IMG/VR virus record: IMGVR_UViG_3300023223_000669
Location: 64,001-128,000 of that record
Source of the DNA: a virus
DNA length: 64,000 bases
Direction: 5' to 3' (one strand)
Notes under the pieces: generated by a model
The model's input: only the letters and a program-made list of their open reading frames with translations
What the model was told of the DNA's origin: nothing
Databases searched by the model: none
Part shown: piece after piece, positions 37,001-45,730 of the stretch
Layout of the letters: the number at the start of each line of letters is the position of its first letter
Numbering within the stretch: the first letter of the stretch is position 1
Program-made: the position numbers and the translations under genes

Positions 37001-38929
37001 GTAGAGTCAGCATATAATATTCGCTTTTTGCCTGGACCATTGCTTAATTCTGATCTCGGTGTGAAATCTAGTGGCATTAGCTATCTTGGTGATAATCCAT
37101 CTCTCAATCCCATTTCCCCATATGTAGCGTCTGGAGTTGCTTTCCAAGATCCTGGTGCTGGTTTTTCTATTGGGTTGTGGCTCGTCAAACGATCTCCCGT
37201 AGTTAGTAGTGATGCCGATGTTTTGATTGCGTATGGTGTTATTGATACAGGCATTGGTCAAACAGCCGTACAAGATAATGCTGGTTGGGCCATCTTTGTA
37301 GATGAAGATGATAGTGTACGTATGGTATTGTCAAGTGCTGGTAACATGCACCTTGATGACGTTCCCAACGCGGCAAACTCTGGCCTTGTGACCGCTGGTA
37401 CGAGTGCTGTTCTCGTACAATCTAATATCTCAGCTTTTGAAGCATATAAAAAGAGTGCTTACCATGTAGGCTCACTTGATAGTTGGCAACACTACATGTG
37501 GACATATGATGCTACGACCGAAGTTCTGAAATGTTATCAATCTGCTGTTTTGGTAGATGAGCGTGTAGCACCAACTCGTGCTAACCTACATGGTCCTGTA
37601 CATAACCCAATTGATCCATCAGCTCGTCTGATAACTTTCTTGCAACACCAAGAGGACGCTTCGGCGGAAAGCGTGCCATGGGTGTTTGGCAATACACGTT
37701 CTGCTGACGATCAATACATTACAGACGTGTGTTACTTTAGTCGTGCCTTAGACGCACAAGAAGTTGCTTACATTGCCTATAATGGCATCGATCAAGCGGA
37801 AGGTGTTGTTAGTAGCGGTATCGTTGGTGGCTTTATTCACGGTCAAGAGACTGCTTCTGGTATTATTGCTGGTTATTTTCAAGGCCTTGATACCGGGTCT
37901 GGTTTAATTGGTGGCTTTATACCAGGTGGTAATATTGGTAGTGGCCTTCTTGGTGGTTTTGTTTCTGGTGTTGTTTTTGGTGATGGCACCATTGGTGGTT
38001 TCGTTCAGGGTCTTGATATTGTATCCGGCATCATAGCTGGTTATATCCAAGGTGTTGATATTGGCTCTGGCATGATTGCTGGTTTCATTCACGGTCAAGA
38101 TATTGGTTCTGGTATCCTTGGTGGTTTGATTCTTGCCGGTGATCTTGCTAGCGGTATTCTTGGTGGTTATATCCAAGCCGCTGGTGTTGCTAGTGGCATT
38201 CTTGGCGGGTTTATGCTTGGTGGTCTTCAGGGGAACTTTGAATTCGATGCTGGATTTACGGTTGAAGTATTGGCCGCAGAAGACTTTGATGCCCAGCTTG
38301 AAATTGCCAAGACGGTTGCTTCTGACTTTGATGCTAAGCTTATTATTTTCCAGGACGAACTACCACCGTTGGTTGAAGTACTTATCCCAGGCCAAACCGT
38401 TACTGGCCAAGCACCACCATTCAATCAGTATTTCATTGGTAAGGCGTCTGGTCAACAAGGAAAGACCATCACACAGACCAAATGGACATTTGGAGACTTA
38501 ACCCCAACGCAAAGCGTTGCAGAGAGTGGTGCAGGCTGCTATCCAATCCAGCATTTCTATGCAACCAGTGGTTTCTATGTTGCTAAGTTTGAGGCTATTG
38601 ATTCTGACGGCATGCACAATTCTGCAACACGTATTATCAATGCAGCATCCGGTATTGATCCTGTTCTTATTACTCTATCTGGTGTACCGCGTTCTGGCGA
38701 TGCAGTATTACTAGTTGATTTTACAACAACAATTGATATCCTACCGCCGGGCGTTAGCGTTTCAACGCAGCTATTGAATTTTGATGACGGACAGACTACC
38801 ATCTCTTTCGATCCAACACATGCATATTCGGAGCCAGGCACTTATAAGCCAGTTTGGTGTATACGAGATTCGCGTGGATTCTTCTGGTGTGATAGCCTTG
38901 AGGCAGGAAGTGACATCGAAGAGGCGTAA
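34061..38929 (+). CDS. Large tail fibre/adhesin: four LamG-like lectin domains, 14-aa Gly repeats, two PKD-like domains
   Basis: LIGFWPMDE, LLAYYSF, LAGYWPC, LEGYWRF domain starts; LYKNG and LYIDG strands; TKWTFGD..HFYATSGFY and NFDDG..HAYSEPGTY. Confidence 0.75.
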   Translation: MVDLVTDNHLIGFWPMDEPSGTPTFKNYSPSYAGKPSGISFDLHQQQATVGAVGAISEWLGNTEVTESGAFTYRGVQLHGNYQSVQTVASRHVKYLTIGHGGFGPRHKTLTAPTAQSGFTFGLWVLPQSDGYDGFVDGADNSQKQHGLGNALFFRGDDDHGIMIGVSGQLIGGSQFSALEFGGPHRLTGYVYVTGGDTANPSTDARAEILETPLESGQFVHLTCSYRYIDGTVNEVVLYKNGRVTASGTTDAGLHAAATPAANNFDDVKWAIGASVDDGDGNPAGVYDLTTGWNHLVSGAYYFARVLHEGEVQEMHERGGLQRTTGNIGPATAAVSIDDTRLLAYYSFAAVGYADASRHHRPLIAGVDEGDRSTLAAFAGPFGRGGLYKTSPADTLIASSGLTFAFAESTAGFTIGIRYAQQLSPTFPNNVLFSFGTCGTTFNPTVVNSTMGLRVSRDTTLDRVFAQVFPIGDENTVVTLTSSDFDQADRVMAHMAFAYSVADDGFALYIDGELHASGTAQNPLMPHMLNLAASGFPLAFIGGIAADNPFVLASVSDETTICDISIFDSPLGQDEIRAIAQSGIDIVPLMRTPHDPRLAGYWPCTDFDGDDVLIEDRAKVWQNEASAPLRYSLSDEVWDELELLDNEGPWIRRDEFVAKTLPPELASFGNLGITSGAFTVNTQGSRPLGENVDSKSSVANFPTRWRANPEDNDLVATHPFGEYIIMFDVTPSGTVPPALEFATNMDFNSVVFTLTDNNDEFMAYLTSVNAAQGSGISLCFMGREVSAGQSHVSGEVPYGVPTHVMYHMKWDDPNNTSSTALISYLTARLYIAGVPIMHRRMLGPDSRLWPDQQGGASLDEWMLNIGGEAIDEAETGHATIAEVGLGGNYVRNFTIMRGTFSPDDIRNFAVSGIEDKAPLTGFNDGALPTTQVTTADAALEGYWRFSGQPSGETDLGPAGNDLVSLAKQAIEDGVFTPGANVESAYNIRFLPGPLLNSDLGVKSSGISYLGDNPSLNPISPYVASGVAFQDPGAGFSIGLWLVKRSPVVSSDADVLIAYGVIDTGIGQTAVQDNAGWAIFVDEDDSVRMVLSSAGNMHLDDVPNAANSGLVTAGTSAVLVQSNISAFEAYKKSAYHVGSLDSWQHYMWTYDATTEVLKCYQSAVLVDERVAPTRANLHGPVHNPIDPSARLITFLQHQEDASAESVPWVFGNTRSADDQYITDVCYFSRALDAQEVAYIAYNGIDQAEGVVSSGIVGGFIHGQETASGIIAGYFQGLDTGSGLIGGFIPGGNIGSGLLGGFVSGVVFGDGTIGGFVQGLDIVSGIIAGYIQGVDIGSGMIAGFIHGQDIGSGILGGLILAGDLASGILGGYIQAAGVASGILGGFMLGGLQGNFEFDAGFTVEVLAAEDFDAQLEIAKTVASDFDAKLIIFQDELPPLVEVLIPGQTVTGQAPPFNQYFIGKASGQQGKTITQTKWTFGDLTPTQSVAESGAGCYPIQHFYATSGFYVAKFEAIDSDGMHNSATRIINAASGIDPVLITLSGVPRSGDAVLLVDFTTTIDILPPGVSVSTQLLNFDDGQTTISFDPTHAYSEPGTYKPVWCIRDSRGFFWCDSLEAGSDIEEA
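37814..38224 (+). repeat. Ten tandem degenerate 42-nt (14-aa) coding repeats, consensus SGI(I/L)GG(F/Y)IxGxDx(G/A)
   Basis: First unit at 37814, tenth at 38192 (9 x 42 nt later). Confidence 0.85.
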
Positions 38930-38932
38930 GAT

Positions 38933-41900
38933 ATGAATATTATTATTTCAAATGCTATTGTTGTTAGCGGTGTTGGCGTACCGCTTAATGGCATTGAGTG
39001 GCCATCTGGTCAATTTGGTGCTGGAGAACCGGGTTCTCAGTTGTGTGCATTCTTATCTTCTATCAACGCCTCTTTTGGTTTCAATCTCACCCCACACTCA
39101 TTCCAAACTGAATGGATACCTTGTGGTGATCCATGTGCATTCCACGGGGCATCAGGACAGCTAGCTGATATTGGTCATTCACTAGAACTGTTTGTGGGTG
39201 ATTTCTTTTTCCGTGGCAAGGTGACTCACTCTGATTTTACATCTACCGCCGGGGGCACGATTGTAAGTGTCACAATTGAAGACGATAGACGCAACCTACG
39301 TAGTGTCAAACTCCATACGGAAGACTTAGGCGAAGACGCACCAAGCGGCGTTGTGTCTATTGCTCGTGGTTTCCGTGTCCTCAATGGACTGGAGGATGTT
39401 AATGGTAATCCAAACGATCCAAACATTAGAGAGTATAGACGGATCTTGCAGTTTGGAGGTACCTATAGTCAAATCATTCAAGCGATTGATCTACACTTTA
39501 ATGAAGGTACGTGTTCCGTTCCTATCTCTGATCTACCCACTGTAGAGCAACTTGAAAAGAACACTGGTGGTACGATTGAGGCTATCCGATTCCAGTTTAA
39601 CTTGGCACATCTTGATGAGGTGTTGTCGCGTGTCCTACTTGATACCGGATACGATTGGTACTGGAATATGGATGCTCAACGTGTCAACCTCATCAACAAG
39701 AAGGCCGTCTTTGATATCAGCGAGAATGACATTCTCGATTTGGTTTCTGAGTTCGGTAGTACCAGCGGCCTCAATGAGACTAAGCAGCTTGGCTTTGGTA
39801 AAGACGTTGTACCTGATCCCACTCGTTTCCGCGTGATTGGTGGTCATCAAGAAGGATTCATCAACTCCCATTTGTTGAGCCCGCTTGATGGTATTGACAC
39901 CTTCGGTATAGATGGTCATGTGAGTAGCACCGTTAAGGACCCTAACGTCAACCTCGTCTTCGAACCAGCATGGACAAGACTCACGATTGGTTTCTATGAT
40001 AATGATGGCTTCTACCGTACATATATGCCACTAGAGAAAGAACTACAACTTGCTCTGGCTGGCATTGAACAGTGGACATATTTCAAGATTTATCAAAACA
40101 CGTCGCCATCTAGTGATCCTGCTGGATATGGTTTACCGTCTGATGCTGGTTCTATTGCCGCTCAAAATCCAACATTCCAAAGTAGAATGGATCCAGTGAT
40201 GCCACTTGCTGCTGTTGGAACCGGCAACTCGGCGTCTGGTCTTCGACTGATTAGTAACCGTCGTGACGCGACACAGAACTGGGTATTGGATTTTTATGCC
40301 CGTGTCCGTGATCACGCCGCCAGACACTACGGGCGTTCGTATGTTGTAGAGGGACTGTTGTTTAATGAAGCATCTGGTCTATTCCGATTAATAGGTTCTG
40401 CGTGGGGTAACGTTGATAACCAAGTTGAAGGTTTCGCTTTATCGTCGTCCGGTGTTGTCACCCTGGGTGGCGGTAGCGGTGTTTTTGTGGAAGACTATGA
40501 GATCAACCGTGACCTCGGGCCAGTAAGTCCATTTATAGCAGACGACTTCCGAGTGCGAGCACACTGTCGTCTGCCCGCAGATACCATCTACGGCCCACAA
40601 GGCGATGCTAATCCAGCCAGCTTTGGCAACTGGACCGAAGATGCTCCACCATTCAACCCAACGGGCGATGGTAGTCATTACATTCCAGTCGAGTTGTCCC
40701 TGGTGGGGAATCGGGTGATCGACCCACGCAGTAGTGAACTTTACTCTTTTGAAGATTATCCTGAGGGTACTTTATGGTGTCAGCTACCGATCAATGCTGG
40801 GCCGTCTGGTGGACTCGTTGAGGATAATACTATTTCTACGCTTGCCACGTTGCTTACAATCAATACTAAGCTCACTGGCTCTGGTCTGCGTGACCTCATT
40901 AATCCAGCTATTATCCTGAATGTTTATGATTCTCTCTCGGGTGTTGTTATACCTGTAGAATCTCGCAGTCGCTATGGTCAGACATATCCTAGTCAGTGGG
41001 TTCTTGGAGAATTTCATTACGAGAGGGATGAAGATGTCCAGCTTGATGATCAGTTTGTACCATGGGCTTTCTCGCCAGCGGGTAACGAGACTTCTCTACA
41101 GATTATGACGGATAGAGCCGTGCGTCGTGCTGAGGGCAAGATCGTTCCTAGAAGTTCGTCTCGCTATGCCGATTTCCAACAGATTGGTCTGCCGCTGCTA
41201 TCGTTTGACGCTTTTGCTGAGCAGAGTATTGGACCATCGGGCTTGTTTGGTGAGATCAGCCACGGTGTCAGTGAGGTCAACATCACATTTGGTCTGGATG
41301 GTTTCCTTACACGCTACAAGATTCAATCATACTTCCCGAAATTTGGTCGCGAGGCCCCCTTGGGTGAACGTGTGCGTGCTCAGTTGAATGGTATCCTCAA
41401 TCCTATTGATTTTACCGACCTCAGCTTGTTGGATCCTGGACCGCCTGCACCCATCGATCCTCTATTGCCAGATGACCCTTTTGTACCTCCGGTATTTTTT
41501 GAACGCGAAGAACGGGCTGTACGTGTTACTATTATTGAGGTTAACAATATCTTCACGCTGTCTAGTAGTGCTGGCACAGAAAGAGATGAGCGTTATCGTG
41601 GCCGAGATCAAAATCAATACACAAAGCCGCCTAGAGGCAATAGTTCTTCTAATCTTGATCTCAAAGAAGGAGCTATTTGTATCGATGGTTTCTTGAACAT
41701 TAGTGACGAAGCCTTGTATCATACGGACGAGTTTGAGCTTCCTGGTGGCAATACTGTATTGCGTTACTTCACCCAAGGGCGTCCGTTTGGTAACGGTACT
41801 ATTGTTACGGTAGCACGGGTTAATCCTGTTGAAGCAACTAAGTTTGATGTTACTATTGTTGATCCTACAACACTAGCAACTCTTGGTGAGGAACGTGCTA

Positions 41901-42313
41901 TTTTTGCTGTGGAAGTTCTCAATGGCAGCGTAACTCTTGATGACAAGACAACTCTGGCGGTACAAGGCGATGGTCCAGTTTCTCCCGGTGCTAGCAACGG
42001 TACTATTTTCATTAATGGCACAGCACAAGATGTTACTGGAATAACTCCTGTAGAAATCGTGTCTGTGACTCAACAAGGATCCGAGTTTGCCTTAACCGTC
42101 TGTAAAGAGTTGGGTTTGGATGCTAATGGAGAATACTCTATTGCTTCGGGAGAGATGTTTACTAATGTAGTGCCTATTCCTTTCAGACAAATGGCGTCCT
42201 CTGGTGATCGTGGTTTTTTGATTACGCCTTTGGCTTCGCCTAGTGGTGGATTTGGTCGGACTAGTGCCGTTAGCTACATTGAGATCGTGAAGCCTGCGTT
42301 CTTCAAAATCTAG
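38933..42313 (+). CDS. Large tail tip/hub-like protein
   Basis: 1126 aa, in tail-tip operon; no catalytic motif recognised. Confidence 0.55.
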   Translation: MNIIISNAIVVSGVGVPLNGIEWPSGQFGAGEPGSQLCAFLSSINASFGFNLTPHSFQTEWIPCGDPCAFHGASGQLADIGHSLELFVGDFFFRGKVTHSDFTSTAGGTIVSVTIEDDRRNLRSVKLHTEDLGEDAPSGVVSIARGFRVLNGLEDVNGNPNDPNIREYRRILQFGGTYSQIIQAIDLHFNEGTCSVPISDLPTVEQLEKNTGGTIEAIRFQFNLAHLDEVLSRVLLDTGYDWYWNMDAQRVNLINKKAVFDISENDILDLVSEFGSTSGLNETKQLGFGKDVVPDPTRFRVIGGHQEGFINSHLLSPLDGIDTFGIDGHVSSTVKDPNVNLVFEPAWTRLTIGFYDNDGFYRTYMPLEKELQLALAGIEQWTYFKIYQNTSPSSDPAGYGLPSDAGSIAAQNPTFQSRMDPVMPLAAVGTGNSASGLRLISNRRDATQNWVLDFYARVRDHAARHYGRSYVVEGLLFNEASGLFRLIGSAWGNVDNQVEGFALSSSGVVTLGGGSGVFVEDYEINRDLGPVSPFIADDFRVRAHCRLPADTIYGPQGDANPASFGNWTEDAPPFNPTGDGSHYIPVELSLVGNRVIDPRSSELYSFEDYPEGTLWCQLPINAGPSGGLVEDNTISTLATLLTINTKLTGSGLRDLINPAIILNVYDSLSGVVIPVESRSRYGQTYPSQWVLGEFHYERDEDVQLDDQFVPWAFSPAGNETSLQIMTDRAVRRAEGKIVPRSSSRYADFQQIGLPLLSFDAFAEQSIGPSGLFGEISHGVSEVNITFGLDGFLTRYKIQSYFPKFGREAPLGERVRAQLNGILNPIDFTDLSLLDPGPPAPIDPLLPDDPFVPPVFFEREERAVRVTIIEVNNIFTLSSSAGTERDERYRGRDQNQYTKPPRGNSSSNLDLKEGAICIDGFLNISDEALYHTDEFELPGGNTVLRYFTQGRPFGNGTIVTVARVNPVEATKFDVTIVDPTTLATLGEERAIFAVEVLNGSVTLDDKTTLAVQGDGPVSPGASNGTIFINGTAQDVTGITPVEIVSVTQQGSEFALTVCKELGLDANGEYSIASGEMFTNVVPIPFRQMASSGDRGFLITPLASPSGGFGRTSAVSYIEIVKPAFFKI

Positions 42314-42315
42314 TC

Positions 42316-44424
42316 ATGGTTTTTGAATCTGGCGATCCTCCGTATGATTATGATGGTCCTCGGGGACCATTGCGGGGTAATGCACGTCCATCTTTGGAGC
42401 GGGGTTTACAGGGTCCTAGCGGCATTAATTTGGAACAAGGTCAATTCGTTATTACGGCAGAAAGACGTAAGTTCAATGTAAACGCCGTTGGTGGATCCCA
42501 TATTTTGCCAACGTTCATGGTATATGTACATGAAGATATCCCTCCAACAACTCAGTACGAACCCAAAGGAGATGGCTCTACTTTAGCTAATATTGCTAGT
42601 GTGTGGATCATCAATCATATTCTTGAAAGTCGTATAGCATTAGATGATTTATTTGATGACTACTCTCTCGATGGTGAGTTTTCAGCACTTGACATGAAAC
42701 GAGACTGGTTGCACCAACTTGATCCAATGGGGCCGCCGCCATCTGGTTATCGTAGACCTGATCCTAACCAGTTGGGTGTTGCTGATGGTTTGTTGGACAC
42801 CACGAACGTAAGTGTTTTGGGCGGTTCTGGTATCTTGTTTGGATTGGACTTTGGCGAAGTCATGTTCAATCCATATCCATATTTCTCTAACAACAATTTT
42901 GGTGATCTACATAATTTTGGTAATTTTAGGTCTGTACTATTATCTCCCGTTTGGCCAGCGTTCCAAAGAACAAACGGATCACTGATCACTTTGAATGGTC
43001 GTGAACCTGATGATCTGCTAAATGCTGATGAGTATGATGTTACGGAGATTGCTAATGGCAGGGTTCGTTTAGACGGTTATTGTTTTTTGTCACAATCACA
43101 ATATTTGATTGGCGAAGGCAATGGCTACGCTTTCAACGGTGAGGTAGGCTTCACTTTTGTTTCAGCCTCTACTCGGCCAACCATTTTCCCAGACGCATCG
43201 AATCTTGCAACGACGCGGGTGATTGTAGATCCAACACCGCAGCCATGCGGCATCTATAAAATTGTCGTACGTAATCTGTTAGGAGAAGACGCCGTTCCAC
43301 AGTCAACTATTCCATCTGGTCTTGTTAGTCAGTGGCCTGTATCGGGTCAAACACATCCAGAGAGAGATGGTCACATTTTTGATATCAATATTCCATATAA
43401 CCTTCATGGTAAATGGTATAACAACACTGAGTTTGAAATGGGATATCAAGTATATGATGATGCCATGTGGATTACTGATGTGGGCTCTGCTGGAGAGGAC
43501 CCATCTGGCCTAGTTGTTACATCTCCATTCACCGGTCATGCTCAATGGTTGCGTTATGCCGAGCAAACCCCCAGTACTGGCTCTGGAGCACTTGGAGGTT
43601 CTAGTATGAGTGCTGAACCATGGGGAGATCATGTTGGACTCGATAGAGTTGGTAGTATTATTCACCGTGTTCAAACAGCAGTAGCCAACGGTAGTACATC
43701 TGCTGCTGGTACATTACTCATTCAACAGTATAATGATGCTCTAGATTATTTGGGACAAATTGAAACGGATGAAAACCCAGGACAGGGTGCCAGTCCATTC
43801 GCTAGAGATTTGGCTTTTGTTCCAGCCTCTAGTTCAGAATGGTGGGCCGTTATCGGCACGACTCCAGGTAATTTCATTTGGCGTTTTGATGGAACATTTA
43901 CTTTTATTGCGGCTGCTGGTATTGTCAATATTGGTACGGGAGAGCTTGCCACCGGGGGTGCGTCACCGCGAGTTGCTGATTTGGGTGGTACTGTTAGATT
44001 TGGTAATGTTCATGTGAGTCCTGGAAATGCCACATTTTCTCATAGAGGTAGTGGTATTTGGGATGCCGACATCAGTAACCTGAGTACAAGTGGTGTTGTT
44101 ACTGAAAATTGTCGCTTAATTGATCTTGCCCCCGTCCTAGAAGACGGCGGCGACGAACAAGCTTTCTGTACCGTTTATGACATGCAAGACGTTAGCGGTT
44201 CCGCACATCTTATTGATGGATTCTACTTTTTGGCTTCTTGGCAAGAATCTACATCGCCGTTCCCGAATCGCCTGTTTTTGATTCGTGCGGTACCACGAGA
44301 TGATTCGAGTGCCCCAGCCTTTTGTGTTGGTTTCTGGGACATCTTAGGCATCTATGATTTAGGCACCATCCCAAGCTCGGCCACAAGGTTGGATTTTGCT
44401 ATGATACTGAAGAACATTGATTAG
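42316..44424 (+). CDS. Tail tip or receptor-binding-like protein
   Basis: 702 aa, beta-rich C-terminal half with propeller-like spacing. Confidence 0.5.
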   Translation: MVFESGDPPYDYDGPRGPLRGNARPSLERGLQGPSGINLEQGQFVITAERRKFNVNAVGGSHILPTFMVYVHEDIPPTTQYEPKGDGSTLANIASVWIINHILESRIALDDLFDDYSLDGEFSALDMKRDWLHQLDPMGPPPSGYRRPDPNQLGVADGLLDTTNVSVLGGSGILFGLDFGEVMFNPYPYFSNNNFGDLHNFGNFRSVLLSPVWPAFQRTNGSLITLNGREPDDLLNADEYDVTEIANGRVRLDGYCFLSQSQYLIGEGNGYAFNGEVGFTFVSASTRPTIFPDASNLATTRVIVDPTPQPCGIYKIVVRNLLGEDAVPQSTIPSGLVSQWPVSGQTHPERDGHIFDINIPYNLHGKWYNNTEFEMGYQVYDDAMWITDVGSAGEDPSGLVVTSPFTGHAQWLRYAEQTPSTGSGALGGSSMSAEPWGDHVGLDRVGSIIHRVQTAVANGSTSAAGTLLIQQYNDALDYLGQIETDENPGQGASPFARDLAFVPASSSEWWAVIGTTPGNFIWRFDGTFTFIAAAGIVNIGTGELATGGASPRVADLGGTVRFGNVHVSPGNATFSHRGSGIWDADISNLSTSGVVTENCRLIDLAPVLEDGGDEQAFCTVYDMQDVSGSAHLIDGFYFLASWQESTSPFPNRLFLIRAVPRDDSSAPAFCVGFWDILGIYDLGTIPSSATRLDFAMILKNID

Positions 44425-44431
44425 TGTATTT
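44421..44431 (+). promoter_or_regulatory. Putative late promoter TTAGTGTATTT
   Basis: Motif overlapping the TAG stop, followed by a long non-coding leader. Confidence 0.6.
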
Positions 44432-44518
44432 TCTAGATAGGCATTGGTGTGACCATAGCTAGTCTCGATGGTGGTGTTCCTGTAAAGGATAACAACCTTC
44501 TCGACCGAGGAAAGAACA

Positions 44519-45235
44519 ATGGTATCAGGTATTAGATTTTTTGCGTGCTCTGGAGCTATGGGCATGTTTGGGAACAAGGGCGAGAAGTCCATTGCCCAAG
44601 TTTACACCGAGACCGGCAGGGCCGATCCTCTGCTGGAGGTCTTTAATTTAGAGGCGGGAGCCGATGGTAGTCCCAACCGTATGGGCTTCTTCGGCCTATT
44701 GGGTGCTCCAAATAGTGCGGTTATTGTTGGTCAATATCCAGACACAACTTTCCGTACGGACGCCCTTGGTGCTCAGCTTGGCGAGATGATTAATGCGAAG
44801 TTCCTTGGAGCTTCTACTGTAGAGCTGTCTGGTACACTTGGTACTGGCCCCATGTTTGGTGCTTCTTTCGCCGTTGGTTCTGTTCCGAACCTATCAGGCA
44901 CGCTCCTGTGTCGTTTCACGGAACCTAATGGTACGAATGTTATTACTCAGCAGGCCACATTCCGTGCAGTAGACTTAACGGCTGCTTCTGGTCTACCTGA
45001 TATCAGTGACCTAGCAACGGGCATCACCGTGCAAGCGGCCCAGCTTCAAGATACTGCTGGCAATGCTGCTGATTCTTCATGGTCTGATGTTTCTGATAGT
45101 GGTGCTGCTTTAAGTTTGGCTGATCAATCAACCGAACAAGTCACCCATGACTTCCATCTACTTGTGAGTGGCTCGCCTGACGTGGCTGGTCGCAAGATAG
45201 ACTTTGGTTATTACATTCAGTTAGAGTTCCTGTAA
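44519..45235 (+). CDS. Probable virion structural protein
   Basis: GAGGAAAG RBS; Ala/Gly/Ser/Thr beta-rich; last structural gene before terminator. Confidence 0.6.
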   Translation: MVSGIRFFACSGAMGMFGNKGEKSIAQVYTETGRADPLLEVFNLEAGADGSPNRMGFFGLLGAPNSAVIVGQYPDTTFRTDALGAQLGEMINAKFLGASTVELSGTLGTGPMFGASFAVGSVPNLSGTLLCRFTEPNGTNVITQQATFRAVDLTAASGLPDISDLATGITVQAAQLQDTAGNAADSSWSDVSDSGAALSLADQSTEQVTHDFHLLVSGSPDVAGRKIDFGYYIQLEFL

Positions 45236-45236
45236 G

Positions 45237-45587
45237 ATGGAACGTAAGTGCTATGCCTGTCAAGACAGAAAGCCGCTTGAGGCTTTCGAAAAAGACAGTG
45301 CCAAGAAAGACGGTAGACGCTATCTCTGTAAAGAGTGTGGGAAAATTCGTGCTAGAGAACGACATCTTCGTATAAGTTACAATCTCTCTGAAGAAGATGT
45401 GCAAGAAATAAAACACACTCAGGGCGGCCGTTGTAAATTATGTAATCGGAAACGGAAATTGTGCATCGATCACGACCATGAGTCTGGTCGGGTGCGTGGA
45501 CTTTTGTGTTATCGGTGTAATCGTTCTTTAGGATGTTTGGGGATACCGAAAAGAGCTACAGCGTGTAGTATTCTATTTACAAGGTAG
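45237..45587 (+). CDS. Free-standing endonuclease VII-like homing endonuclease
   Basis: Zinc finger; SYNLSEED..Q.GRCKLC..LCIDHDHESGRVRGLLCYRCNRSLG. Confidence 0.85.
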   Translation: MERKCYACQDRKPLEAFEKDSAKKDGRRYLCKECGKIRARERHLRISYNLSEEDVQEIKHTQGGRCKLCNRKRKLCIDHDHESGRVRGLLCYRCNRSLGCLGIPKRATACSILFTR

Positions 45588-45613
45588 CCTTTAGATTAAA
45601 CTTGTCCATATTG

Positions 45614-45648
45614 GGGCGGGAAGTTGAATTTAACTTCCCGCCCTTTTT
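45614..45648 (+). terminator. Intrinsic terminator ending the structural region
   Basis: GGGCGGGAAGTT / AACTTCCCGCCC perfect 12-bp stem plus TTTTT. Confidence 0.88.
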
Positions 45649-45650
45649 CG

Positions 45651-45679
45651 TAGACACTTATCTCTTCCTCTGTCATAAT
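45651..45679 (+). promoter_or_regulatory. Sigma70-like promoter for the replication module
   Basis: TAGACA-N17-CATAAT with extended -10 TG, directly after the terminator. Confidence 0.65.
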
Positions 45680-45730
45680 GACAGTACCATCCGTCGTGTT
45701 GATCATCATGCGAGGTTTTGGAAGAGACAC

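Noticed and set aside
37814-38224. Regularly spaced repeats as a CRISPR array
   Set aside because: Degenerate, in frame, conserved at protein level, no unique spacers and no cas genes
34061-45235. Diversity-generating retroelement acting on tail proteins
   Set aside because: No reverse transcriptase and no template/variable repeat pair noticed in the window
45602-45730. N-terminal extension of ORF 45602 from a TTG start
   Set aside because: Spans a terminator and a promoter; ATG 45731 is the better start
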